Assembly: GCA_973851085.1 (NCBI GenBank)
Contig: OZ316775.1
Location: 8,246,001-8,310,000 of the forward strand
From: Ptychomitrium polyphyllum
Taxonomy: Eukaryota
Length of the DNA: 64,000 bases
Direction of reading: 5' to 3'
Shown here in pieces: positions 45,035 through 58,000 of this stretch. Made by a program: the position numbers and the translations under genes. Within the stretch, counting starts at the first letter, position 1, and the number at the start of each line of letters is the position of its first letter. The notes below the pieces were generated by a model. That model was not told the origin of the DNA. It made no database searches and was given only the letters and a program-made list of their open reading frames with translations.

Positions 45035-47075
45035 ATGGTCCTGCATCTCCTCGGACATTCCTGCATCATGGACGTACGAGTTATACAGCAGTTGGCAGCT
45101 CCACAGCAACAGCACTTGGTGTTTGCAGGTGATTGTCATCCTTTTAATGTCTTTCAGGCGCTTCAGACAAGGCGATGGGTGATAGAATGTACGAGCCTGC
45201 AGGCTCTAGGGTTTCAGTCGATTGTGTTGTTTTCAGTTATTCGCAATTCAATTCCTGTTTCTGAATTCTAGTATCTGGCAAGTTTTTCCAGATGATTATG
45301 AGTTGTCTTCTTTTGTGTTCTCGTCTTTGATCTAGGCGGTTGAGAACCTCTGGTTTCTATCAATTGCATCTCCTCAAGAGTACTTTCCTTGATAGCCATT
45401 GAGGATTCTCCTGTTTATGCCAGAGCACACTGACACTACACCACCTGGTCCTACTCTAATATTTCATATGATGTCATTTTCTTCCGTCTTTCAAATCTTA
45501 CATCACTCCGTACGTTGAGCTGAAAACAGCGAAGAAAGACTATGTTCAGCAAAACCAACAGACTCGATTTCCTCGTGCCACTGTACGTATCATTCCTTGA
45601 TTCGTTGAATGTGTTCTATGAGGCAGACGTAGTGATGTAAATTTCCTAATTCAATTGCACTTTGGAGGATTAGTATTGATGTTTTTGCAATCTGTGCACT
45701 CACTGCATTCTGGAGTTCCTATCCCTAGAAGTGAAAACCTAGGTAACCTTTCAGTTGTGATGAATATAGACGCATGCAAACAGGTTTGCAGAACCCTAAA
45801 ATACTCTTAGCTCTAGTTGGGATTTCTTTTGTAACCACGAAGATGCCGATGTTGGTTGGTGTTGAACAAGTGAGAAATGTCTTTCTTGGAGCAAAACGCA
45901 GAGACCTCTGCCATTGAAGTTGGTGACAGTGGGCAAAGACAGGGGATCCGCCATGGAGAGTGTCGCTCTTGAGTACGTCAAAAAAATTCAACGCTACTGT
46001 GCATTCGAGGAAGTTCAGCTGCGCTCCAATCCTAAAAATTCCAGGTATGTCTACCACATTGCTTTGCTAATTTAGAGTTTTCAAGGTACTTCTTCAAATT
46101 GGTTGTACAAAGTAGAAATTTGAATGAATCCACGAAAAGTAGCTCAAGATCTTTAATATCTTACTGAAGGTGAAGGGATGACATGCCAGTGATGTGAGTA
46201 CCCAGATGTCAAGCGAAGGGGAACGTGTAATGCGCTCCATATCTACTAAGGACTGGGTACTCTCATCTTGCCTTGCTATCCAATCTCAATTAGAAGTGTG
46301 AATTTTGTTTACTTCATGTGTTGAACATATCATTGTTGTCTTGACATAACCGGAAATTAACAGTGGTAGTCATCTTTCATTTTTCTTCCTTAGCTGTTGC
46401 CAACTTTTGCTTGATTAAACTCGTCAATCATGTATAGTTGTCGAGTCTCTGCATTGAACGAGACTGGGCTCAGAGTTTTGATCTTTGCCCTGCGTGGCAG
46501 GTAGTTCTACTAGACGAACGAGGCAAAGAAATGACGTCCGAGAAGTTTGCCGACCTGATTGCTGATGCAGGAGAAACTGTGGGTGGGCATTGTCTGTTGT
46601 CAAAGTTTATGCAGATCTACTAACTATTGAAGTCAGCTTGCAAGGCCTGTTCTGGCTTCTCAGTTTCTTGATGTCAACCATCAATTGATCTCTCTTATGT
46701 CGCAGTTTTTGGTGTTTGATTGATTGCAGGGAGCCAGTGCACTTGTATTTTGTGTAGGAGGACCGTTCGGGCACGGGTCTCAAGTTCGTGAACGTGCAAA
46801 TGTGAATGTGAAGCTGTCTACCATGGTGCTTAACCATCAAGTTGCATTCTTGGTGCTCCTTGAACAGATTTACAGGTTACAAATTGTGGCATTCTCTTTG
46901 CGTCTTCATTCTAGAGACAATCTTGAACTCTAAACCCTAAATGGAGCCTTAAGTTGCCTGTCAAAGTTTCTGGAGGTACTGATCCATATCATATTTGCTT
47001 GAACCACTTTAAATCTTGGTGATGTGCTGCTGCAGGGCGTGGACCATACTTCGTGGGGAGAAGTATCACCATTAG
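45035..47075 (+). CDS. rlmH: RlmH-family SPOUT rRNA methyltransferase (organellar, At5g10620-like); 5' exons uncertain
   Basis: Exons encode RPLPLKLVTVGK..EYVKKIQRYC, EGERVM, VVLLDERGKEMTSEKFADLI, LVFCVGGPFGHG..LSTMVLNHQVAFLVLLEQIYR and AWTILRGEKYHH* (TAG 47073-47075). Confidence 0.92.
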
Positions 47076-50000
47076 GCGCATTGAAAGACATTACACTTCC
47101 TCCACATTGAGCTGTGCTGGTGTTCAAAAGAGAATCCTTGGCACACAATAGAGCAACCGCCCTGCACTGCATCTTGTAACGCTCTGCAGCCAAGACAATC
47201 GTTTTGCAAATGACGAGCAGTAGTCTCAGTGCCACTCCAAGTTATCTCTATGGCTTCCTCATCAGTTCTGGAAGACTTAGTTTCAGAGTAGGTTTAGTTC
47301 CGTGCCGTTTTATATAATCAGTCAAGAGGTTCCATACGTTTGAAGCTGCCAATTATGGCCAGGTGATTAGGTGCAGTGGTTTTTTTTGCTCTACTCGTAG
47401 TCAGTTTGCTATACTTAAATATGGCGGCTAATTCTAACAAACGATTTTTGAAAATGTGAAAGTCATTACCTGGATATCAAATAAGCAGTAGAAAACTGTG
47501 TGGCTACATGACAAAATGAAAAAACAATCACTGATTAGATGAACGGCAAGATGCTAATAAAACCAGCAGTACAGATACCAATTGGTGTAGCTCCGAGCCT
47601 TAGGATACCAGGATACAATTGAACAGCTGTGTAAACACAAGGAGTCCCTTACCTTACTCGAATTGTAGAGCCAATCTTGTACCCTCCACTTGAAATTTTC
47701 ACACTGAACGTGTTGGCAAAGCCAAGGTGCACAGTAGTCATTCATGTTTGCTCCCTGAACATTGAACTGGCATCAGTGCTAAAAAGGCACTCTGCAATCT
47801 TATAGATGATTTTATTCAGTTCAATTGAATGAATTGGCAATCTAATGAATTCATACTCCAGGTTTCCCTTTCTACAATACAAAAGAGTCATATCATGTAA
47901 TTCTCACAAACGATACGCTTTGGGTTTCGATGTTTACGAAATTTTAGAGTCGCAGCTCAGCCTAAGAGGTAAAAACCAAATATTAAGACCCAACGTAACA
48001 TGCAAAACCAGTTTACACCAAAGCCAACCAACAGCCACAGAAAGTAAAACCAATCCAACATAAAGATGACGGAAAAAAAAAAGAACCTGTTAAAGCATCA
48101 ATTTGAAATAGGAGAAAATGAACACCTGTGCACAGGTGTACAAAATGCTCTACTTACTTTCCAGTGAACGAATCATTTCTAAACAAAAGGGACAAATTCT
48201 CGACGGGACAACCACGGCGTCAAATTGCAACTCTCACGATGAGATTGGCCTAATTATGAGTGACAGTGGCCATTTGACACCCCAGTTGTCTAGAGATACA
48301 CTACATCCTCTACGTCAGAAGTATCAGTAATCGTAGTATCTAAAATTTACTGAACTTCAGCAAGGTAGTCATCCACTTCTGCTGGTGTCAAAACTCTGCA
48401 CACAGGAGCACAAGTATTTCAATCTTACGGCACCAGGTCAAAGCATCTATCAATGGGTTAAAGTTCATGCTTGGTGTGCAGTAAGATGAGAAAAATTATG
48501 CATTTTACCAGAGTACTCAAATAGTGATACATGTAGGATAGACAGTAGAGGAGCATACTTGAAAATACGCTTCTCGTCGATGATACCAATCTCAATATTT
48601 TTCCCAGACATCTGTCCCTCAAACCTGTAACATAAGCCAATTAAATTGATCTCCACAGGAAGTGATTAGGGTCAATACCAAAACGGGTATAAATTACTAT
48701 GTGAGACTGAATAGCAGGAAACCACCAAAGGAATGAACTGGAATCTACCCTTCCTTCAAGGTTCGAATGGCTGTGTGAATAACATCTTCGAGCTCCATGT
48801 CATCGGTGTACCTGTTTGAACAGAAGTATCTCTTGAATGAGTCACCAGTTTGTGTTATGCAAAACACCAGTAGACTGCTGATGGGGAAAAAAGGAGAAAA
48901 ATAAAGGGAAAAAATCCACTTGTCCCAGATGTTACCACAACAAATATTACAAGTGCAAAGCCAAAGAGGAGCTGGAATGCGGACCTTTTCTCTAGGAAAG
49001 TCTTGGCAGTAGACACATTCTTGCCTACTGCAGATGCCTACCACGAGAAATATGATCCTGATGGATCCACCTGCAATTCATCAGAAACACAATCTTTGTT
49101 CAGCCTTGCACCTACTTTCAGAATGATCATGTAATCGTCAATGCCACAGCGTTGCTCTGCAAGTGATTTTCTGTTCAAAACATCTGGCAACATACGCCAT
49201 CATTCTGACCGTTCGATATTCAGAAGACCATATCATGGACTTTTCTAAACTCTGAAGCTCCAAGCTTACATAACACGATTGCTACGAGTTTTGTTCAGAG
49301 AGATTCGCCTTAAAACTAAACCGAGTTCAAAGCACAGAAGAATTTACAACCCACCTGGTAAAGTCGAGGGCAATTATCGTCAAATCCAGCCACCAAGAAG
49401 GAAACACCGAAAGGTCTTACTCCCCTGCATACTCAATCGCCGATATTATTACTAAACTGTACTGGACACTCCTCCATCAACAATCTCTCAACACAGCACA
49501 TTCTCAAAAAAGGTGTCAACAGCCAGCACAAAAGGCAAAGCGTTAACAGCCAGCACTGATCCGGTCTCAATAACCAATTGACATCTAGCAACTCTTCAAT
49601 CTACATTATTAGCATAATCAGCATGATCAGAACCACTACATGCAATCTTTCAAAACGATTGACGCACCAAAATATAACTTCAAATCGTAGTCTCACAAGA
49701 TAAATCTTAGTAAGAGAGAATTCGCACCCTGATTGTGTAAATCTCTGCACCACAGCAGCTGTCTCTCTAACCAACTGCAACAAGGGAATAGATTCCTGAT
49801 AAAGTCGTTGGTAAGTTTGTGCTTGCATCCGGCTTTTGCGAACTAAAACGCGAGAATCAGGTCTCATGCCGCTGAAACCAAACACAAAGATGAACAGTTT
49901 GTCATGTTGCAGTCTAACAGATCAAATTGTTGTGTTTGCTAAACGCACGAAACAAAAACACAACGCCCAAGATCTCAGACAAGTGCACTCACCTATAGAC

Positions 50001-50296
50001 AACTCCGATGTTCGGCGTCCATAACTTAATCTTGTTAATCTGGGTACACAAGGAAAAAAGCCCTCATAACATGGCCAGAAAATTGCATGACATCGAAGGG
50101 CCTCACTTCAACACTCAACTAAACAGCATTAGAAGACGACACTAGCAACCAAGAAAACCATGAAAACCCTCAGACCATTCGCCTGAAAACCCTAATTTCT
50201 TCAAGAAGTAAGAGTAGAGGATTACCGAGGCTTCATCGACAAGAATTGACGGTAGCTTCTTCTCCGTCGCAATCACGACACCATTTGGAAGCTAGA

Positions 50297-50357
50297 CATC
50301 AAAACCCACTTCAGCAAACTCTCCGCTTTGTACAGTTTGCTGAAGTAGGTTTTGATG
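50297..50357. repeat. 24-bp inverted repeat with 13-nt loop (intronic hairpin)
   Basis: catcaaaacccacttcagcaaact (50297-50320) versus agtttgctgaagtaggttttgatg (50334-50357): 23 of 24 positions are complementary. Confidence 0.93.
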
Positions 50358-50393
50358 GCCACACAACCACCCTAAACAGATTGTGTGGAGAAA

Positions 50394-50422
50394 CACCACA
50401 CCACACCACACCACACCACACA
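50394..50422. repeat. (CACCA)n pentanucleotide microsatellite in the first intron of the PAB pseudogene
   Basis: caccacaccacaccacaccacaccacac is visible. Confidence 0.9.
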
Positions 50423-51796
50423 CGCGTAGATACAGCAATTTTCACATGCATACCCAACGGAAACTTATCTCAAGGGCATCAACAGCGGCCCGTAGGTACG
50501 AAACGAAAGAGACGCAAGCACCAAAGTTGTGTGAGCGGCACCTGAAACTGGTGAGGGAAAACGGGTACTGGCTGTCACCCATGCCTGCAGCTGAATCAGA
50601 GACCCCACAACGAGTTCCAAGCTCAAATCACACCGTGTGTTTGAGAGAGAAAGAGACAGGGAAAGAGCGAGCAAGAGGAGAGAGAGAAACAGCGAAACAG
50701 ATATTACAAGAGAGACAAACAGAGAAAGGGAAAAAAAAGAGCAAGAGAAAGAGAGGCACGAAGAGCAAGAGAGAGCAATATGTGTAATGCAAGCTAAAAG
50801 TGGATCGATGTAGCAGCACCTGGCTTTGCTTTGAGTTTTGGGTTTGGTTTAAAGTTTGATTTCCTTTTGGATTTTGGTATTGGTTTTTCTTTGGTTTTGG
50901 ATTTGGAGCACACGCTGGCATTGCTTCCAAGGCAACACGACTTTCATGAGATTTTTTTTATGAAGATGTTCCAAGAATATTTGTAAACTATTTTAAAATG
51001 TTATATTTGAAATGGTTGTTACTTAATTGAAATATCGTGATATACTTTGTGATAACACATTCGTACCCGTGTTGTAAGCTCAAATGCATTTTTCTAAACC
51101 TATCAACTCATAGGTTTAATGTGGAAACAAGATCACAAAAAAAACATGTATACAATAATATTGTCTCTAGACTGGATTATACTAAATGTAGTAATGCAAA
51201 TCCCAAGGAAAGTTACAAAAAAAAGCCTCATCACTTAGCAACCTAGCTATTTCTTGTAACCCTCCTGAAGGCTAAACAGAAGTGGCTCAATTCTAGTTTG
51301 GATTCAATACTAAGTAGATACTAAGTACTGTAGTCCCACAACAGGGTTGGAGGTGCAGTGGCTACCGCAAGCTGCAAATTTGATAAAGTACACTTAGATT
51401 AGAGTTCCTTACCAAGTAACATGGCTTGCATATGCTTTCGTGAAGTGCATTGTCAAAGTAACTCATGTACAAATGGAGATAATCTAGCAAGCTCAAAACA
51501 GACAAGCAATACAGACCAACGCCCTAAAAAAGCAGAAGAGAATAGAAGCAAGTAAGGATATTGTAAGGAAAGGCTCATTCGATTCTGGATGGATTTTGTT
51601 CTACTCCAAGAAGGGAATGGAAAGGTATGCAATGGAAATCAACAGAACTGCTGACCTGTTGTACAGAAGACTTTGTTCATATATACATCATTTTGGTACA
51701 GTTATACTCCTGTCAATTCTCCACATCGTCCATTAAGGCCAAGGATGCATAGGTTACAAACTAAAACCTAGCCACTTCTACAGATGGCCAATCACT

Positions 51797-53141
51797 TCAG
51801 ACTGCTGGAATGTTAGAAAAAGAAAACCCTTTGTAACCCTTATAAGCATAATACGCGAGCCTAGTGTAGTAAAACCCAGGCATGAACAGAAGCGTTCCGA
51901 GGATGGCAAAAGCGATGCCTGCCACAAAGCACAAGAAAATAAAGAATCAGCGTTGCCATCTGAACCTTAGCAGACGTGTTCAAGTTGCCAATGATGAGAT
52001 CAGAAGAACAATTAGGAGAACATACGCAAAAGGACCTGTCGTACAGAAAACGTATTAATTACTCCGATCCAAAGAATGAAGTTTTGTCCGGAAAAACCTT
52101 TAAAACAACCTTAACCACTCGAACTAAACAATTACAGGTCTTGTGTCTGATATGAGTTTTTATCAGCAAGGTATTCTAAAAATACTTGATACAGAGAGCC
52201 GTGCGTTCTAAAGGAAATTATGGGACAAAAAGAGGCTCGAGCACTCAGCTAATTGCCAGATTTTTATACCTCGCTTCTTATATATTGCAAATTATCAACA
52301 TAAAGAAGGAGAGAACTATATCGTGCGTTACACATACAAATCATTGCACTTCCACCCGACAATGCACAACTTTTACGGACACGGGACCAGATGTAAATAA
52401 TTTTTGGACTGACATCGCTACAGAAACCTGCATTTCTCGTTTAAAAAGACACGACTAGTCTTATCTCTCAATCACGAGCATATGTTGGGACAGAGATGGG
52501 AGATCCAAGATGCTTGTACGCCAAAGAAATCCCGTGACCAAGAATTGTACAAACTTTGCAAGCCCTGACCACCTAAAATCGAAACAGGTTCCAGAGTTCA
52601 ATTGCGAAACACAAAGCTCTTACAGCTTGAGTTGCACAACTTCAGAAAATTAACATCATCCTTCCCCTCTGTTTCGTGTCCTAGACCCTAAGCTTACGTA
52701 CAGACTAATTTGAACCAGCTTCATTTGCACGTTAACGAACCTCTTCAGCTTAACCCAACCTCTTAAATTCAACAACATCCGCAACACGAACGCGCGACAC
52801 ATCAAAAAACACATCACTACACACCAAGGGTTAGCCATCATGATCTACTCTAAGATCACCCATCCGCAATAACAACAACTCAAAACACCGCCACAGAGTC
52901 CATCACCAGTCACACAAAGAAGCGTTACTAAACAATAGACAAAAGCAGCGCACTCACCATGACCAGAGTCGCCACCCACTTTGTACACGGCCATGATGAC
53001 AAGAAAGAGAATGCCGAGCGTGCCGAGAGCGAGCAGCGTCACAGCGAGCGCTATCTCTTTCACGGGAGGACCGTTGTGCACGATGAAAGTGCCCCCACTA
53101 ACATCGTCCCGAATCGAAAAAGTATGATCCACATACGCCAT
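51797..53141 (-). CDS. TMEM230: Transmembrane protein 230-like (DUF872), 2 exons: 53141-52958 and 51918-51797
   Basis: [72 protein letters not shown], with a canonical GT-AG intron. Confidence 0.92.
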
Positions 53142-53789
53142 TGCCGATCCTTCTGATCCGCTGCCTCAATCCATGAGCTTTCCAACTCCCCGCTCGCCAG
53201 AGCCCGCGCTTCACACACAGAGACTAAACAACACTGAGGATGGAGTCACATGTACAATAATGAACTTCAGTCAGGCGCGCGGCGTGCACAATAATGCGAG
53301 GAAGTAGTGGAGTGGCAAAAGTGAAGCTTTTGGTGCAGCTGCGACACAGAAACTCTCGGCAAGCGGAAACACAAGCGAAGGCGAGTCGACGCGCTTCTGA
53401 AGCCCGTCTTTCGAGATACCTGCCCAAGTGGATCCTGCGTATCATGTCAGTATTGCACTAGTATAAACCGGGTACCCTTAAGGTGTCAATCAAAGTATTA
53501 ATCTCGTGAACGCCGCAGACTCGTCGTCGTCAAAATGAGTTTAGTCCGGGGTTTAGGTTTGGCTTGGGAGCCAAGCTGGGATAATTTTAACGCATGGTTT
53601 TGCCTGTCACACATCATCTAGCGGTCAAATGACGTCATGTGGAAATTTGAACGCGTCAAATACGTTCTGGTAGAAGAAGTCGCCCGCCGTCAAAGGTGGT
53701 AGGTATTTCTGGAACATGGTTAAAGCTGGTAACTGTTGAAAAAGGAGTATGGTCACTATCACATGATGGTATCAAAATCCTGCATTAGA

Positions 53790-54200
53790 TAAAAGTAAAA
53801 GTATAAGAATCGACAATATGTAGTAAAAGTAAACGTAAACGTAAAAGGTAAATGTAAAAATAAATATAAAAGTAAAAGTATTTGTTTATTCTTTTACTTT
53901 TATTTGTGAATAGTTATAAAAGTAAAAGAACAAATAGTAAATAGTAAATAATAAAAAATAATAAAACAAACAATAAAAGATAAATAGTTAGAGTAAAAAG
54001 ATAAGAAAATAAACAATAAACATCAAACAATAATAAAAAGTCAAAAATAAAATATAAAACAGTTAAATAGGTAACGAAAAGTTAATATTGAACCATAAAA
54101 AATCAATAGTAAACAATCAATAGTAAAAAATCAATAAAAATTTTAAAGTCATAAAAATAAAAGTTAAAAATAATAAATAAAAGTCATTAATAAATGCAAA
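53790..54200. repeat. A-rich low-complexity (GTAAAA-like / AAAAATCAATAGTA-like) repeat at the left edge of the second AT-rich block
   Basis: Repeated aaaagtaaaa / gtaaac units and three ~14-bp aa(a/c)aatcaatagta units near 54098-54137. Confidence 0.75.
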
Positions 54201-57200
54201 TGAATGGACAAACAGACATGATGGGGCTCTATGGTTTGTTTTGTAGTTTGCACAAAAACCTAAAACCGATGATTTATATTGAAATGGTTGAGGCAATGAA
54301 GCATTACATTTGTCAAAGATTTTTAAATGAGGCATGGCATTTCTTCAATGAACATTTGAATAGCCAATAATTATTGAGACTATGCAAAATGATTAGGTGA
54401 CTTTGGAATATATTGGGTTATATTTGTATAATACCTAAAGTATGAAATTTGACATAAATGTTACATTTATTTAAGTGGAACTATTCTTCAAATTTGAAGC
54501 TTCTCAAAACTAAACATTAGCATTTTTGGAAAGTATAAAGTTACAATTATTCAATGATTTCATTAGTTTGCATGAATATATACAAATATATTCAACAAAG
54601 CACATCTTTAATATTTTTAAACTTGTTTGAATAGTATAGGTGTAAAAGTTTAATAGTAATTGTAACCTTTCATTTATAAATTACTTCTGTTAAATATAAT
54701 TACTCAAAGAATTAAATTTTATTCTTCTTCTTTATTTTAAGAAAAACAATAATCAGATAAATAATCAAAAGCATAGTATAAAGATGTAGTTGCTTATTGT
54801 GCAATGTTTTGACTATGAAATTTAAAATATATATATAATTTATTGGATGTGAGATACTTATGAAAATTTATAATTGCAAATTGTGAATCTTAAATTCTGT
54901 ATAATGCATGTTCACATGGCGTATGAACATGTAATTATTTCTTATAAAAATACTAATATTGCAATTAATTTTTTTACAAGCAAAGTGAAAAAAAATTAAA
55001 TATATTAAACTAGTGCAATTTTAAAGCTTAAATTAAGAAATAAATGAAAAATAATATTGCAATTAAGCAACAATACTAACAAAATAATATAGAAATATAA
55101 CTACTTTAGACATGTCGTTGACTTTTAACAAGCAATAATATTGCAATTAACAAATATATTATTGTTTCTTCTATAAGATTAATCTTGTAATTCAACATTC
55201 ATTTTTTTGCTTCAATTTTGTAAAGTAACTTGTATATGCAATTTTATACTTGCATATTATTTTCTTTTGTATTCTTTTAATTCATTTTTTTTACATTGTT
55301 TTCAAGCAAGTTCACCAAAGACATTCTCAAATAAGAAACCTTATTTGTATTTCTTTAATTTTGAAAAGATAACTCAATCCAGTAAAATGATTGATCTTAA
55401 ACATTTTTGAACATATACAATGAAAAAACATTTCATCCAAAATATAGAAAAAACGCTTTATGAAAATAATGATCACAAATGTATGTTAAGTCTTCATAGA
55501 TCCGAATTTGCTATAAATCTTTTTCCATTTTCACTTCATAGAAATGAATTGAGTAATATAGTGCTATGAAAATTATCACAAAATAACATCATATTATAAA
55601 TCTATATTAATAAATCCTACTCAATTGATGTCAAATAAGTATTTTTAATTAAAAACATAGAGTATTATTAATTTGAAGTATTGAAATTTACATTCAAAAT
55701 CAAATGATTGAACCTTACTGTACATCTTGATAAATTCAGATTTTATAATTACATCAATTTAGAGATTTTTCACTAAGAATATTTAAAGTGTTCTTTTTTA
55801 AAACATCAAATTGCAAATAATTCTTTGGACTTTTAAAATTAAAGAAGTATCAATAATCTTTATAACAACGTATACAAATGTAATTTTTGAATAATCACAA
55901 ATGTCATAAATTCCTACAATAATATGTGGTTCCAAATTCCTAAAAATTTCATATATCTAGCAACAATGACTTATTTAATTTAAATAATGTATTCCAATTT
56001 CAAACAATGCAAATGGATTTCCTTCAATTTTTGAATACTACTAATTTCCATCAAACTCAAATCACTCATTTCTTTAGCAACTATAATTTATTTTCTATTA
56101 GAAATAAAGCATTTAGTATAACATTACAATTTAAGTCATTTATAAAAATTTCTAAGCTTGCACTTCCATATCAAATGTTTTTCAATCACTTCATGTCACA
56201 TGAACGTTTAAAATAATTCATCTAAATGCATCCTTGTAAGAATTAACAATTATTACATCTTCAAGATATATAATCCACCCAATTAACGAAGCATTTAAAA
56301 ATTGACAACAACAAGAATAATACATTTTGTCATTCTTCATTACATCTTAGTAACTTTGATTTCATATACATGCCTCCAGTTATGTTCCAAAAAGCCACAC
56401 ATCTTTTTCTTTGTAAAATATTAACTTTATTATCATTTTTTCATAATCATATATAAACCCAATTTTCATTGAATATAAACCATTGTAGTTCCTAATTTCC
56501 AAAGCATCCAACCTTTGCAATTGAATGAAACAATTGATATATTTTCATTGATTTTATAAAATCAAAATCCAAAATAATACTATGTCACAAAAGACAATTA
56601 ATGTGATCAGAATAAAGGAAATGCATGCAAAACTAATTTATTTCAGTTACTTAGTGTGTCTGTGGTGGCTCTTGTCCATTACCAAACTTAGGTTTATGGA
56701 ACATGAACTACAAGCATAAAAATATCAAATTTAATTTATTAGTATTCAATTAGTTTATCAATGTTCACTAATTTTTTTATCATTATGCATAATAAAATAT
56801 AGTGAATTTATTTTGCTTGAATAAACTTTTTAAATTGTAATTTTTATATATACAAAGAAACATAACAATTAGATTTTGAAGCAACACAAATACTTCATTT
56901 ATACAAACCTATTGCTTTCAATATTAAATGAAAATAATTCAAGTAGCTTTTAATACTTGATGCAAATGGTGTTTTGAAATATCATATTCTAGATAGAGGA
57001 AAAATCCTTGCTAAAACTATATATGGATGGAAAAAATGATTTTGAAATTAAGAAAGCCATGTATTAAATATATTTGGCAAGTAGAAATTTTTAATTTTTA
57101 ATTTTGATTTTTTTAAATTATTTTATAGTATATTAGATTTGAATTAGTCATTCAAAATATATAACTCATTCTATTATAAAGTTTTTTTATTCAAATTTTT

Positions 57201-58000
57201 CAAATTTCCTTTAAAATTCTAATATGGTTTGAAGAAAGTGCAACATTATTTTCTCTAGTCATATACAAGAATTTAAAAATAAAGACAAATAGGCATTGAA
57301 ATATGTCAATAAATATAAATTGAATTTATATATGTGACAAGCTGCTATAATGGAATTTAGTACTTATAAAAAATCTTTGATACAAAAACATATACATTGC
57401 TTTTGAAACAATGCAACTTCTATTTAAATGCTAAAGAAATTCTCATGAAAACCACATATAACTTATTCAAGTTTGCATATGAAAATTGTACAATGGCTTG
57501 GTTTGAAGTAAGCCTTATACTTTAAGTAGAAAATTTTCCTTTAGACTATTGATTTTTTTAATGAAAAATACACAATATTTACTACATGAACTAAAGCAAA
57601 AGTTTTAGGGTGAAGTAAAACACCATACAAATTTTTATATGAATGAAACATTTAAAGCATTTGTTCAAAATTCAAACATAATTTTTTTTAAAAACTAAAC
57701 AAAGAGTTCAAATCCAACATTACCACTATAACCATGTGCATGTGATCAATAATTAATTTTGTTCCAGCTAATGCTGTAAAAAGAGACTCCAAATTCCTCT
57801 TTTGTTTTCCATTGTAGATTGATGTTACATATGGTATCTCTTGTATGAAGAGTTTTTAAAAGTGAACAATATTTTCTTTAAATTATGTGTAAAGTAAATC
57901 AAATCATTGCAATAAAAAAATTATCATTACTTTTCTATGCAAGTTACTTTCCTATGCAAGAGTAACGCAAGTATACTTTCCTTGCACATAGTATTGGACA
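53790..58000. mobile_element. Second highly AT-rich, CpG-poor block; probable degenerate transposon relic
   Basis: Same composition as 690-5000, no credible ORF, and sharp transitions to GC-rich promoters on both sides. Boundaries are approximate. Confidence 0.45.

Larger units (their letters stand above)
48347..50582 (-). pseudogene. PAB: 20S proteasome subunit alpha type-2 (PAB), intron-containing pseudogene
   Basis: Recognisable exons: MGDSQYPFSLTSFS, NGVVIATEKKLPSILVDE, TPNIGVVYS, GMRPDSRVLVRKSR, GVRPFGVS, VDPSGSYFSW*ASAVGKN, YTDDMELED and VLTPAEVDDYLAEVQ*. There is an in-frame TAG at 49038-49040, and no exon encoding PSGKLVQIEHAL... Confidence 0.88.
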
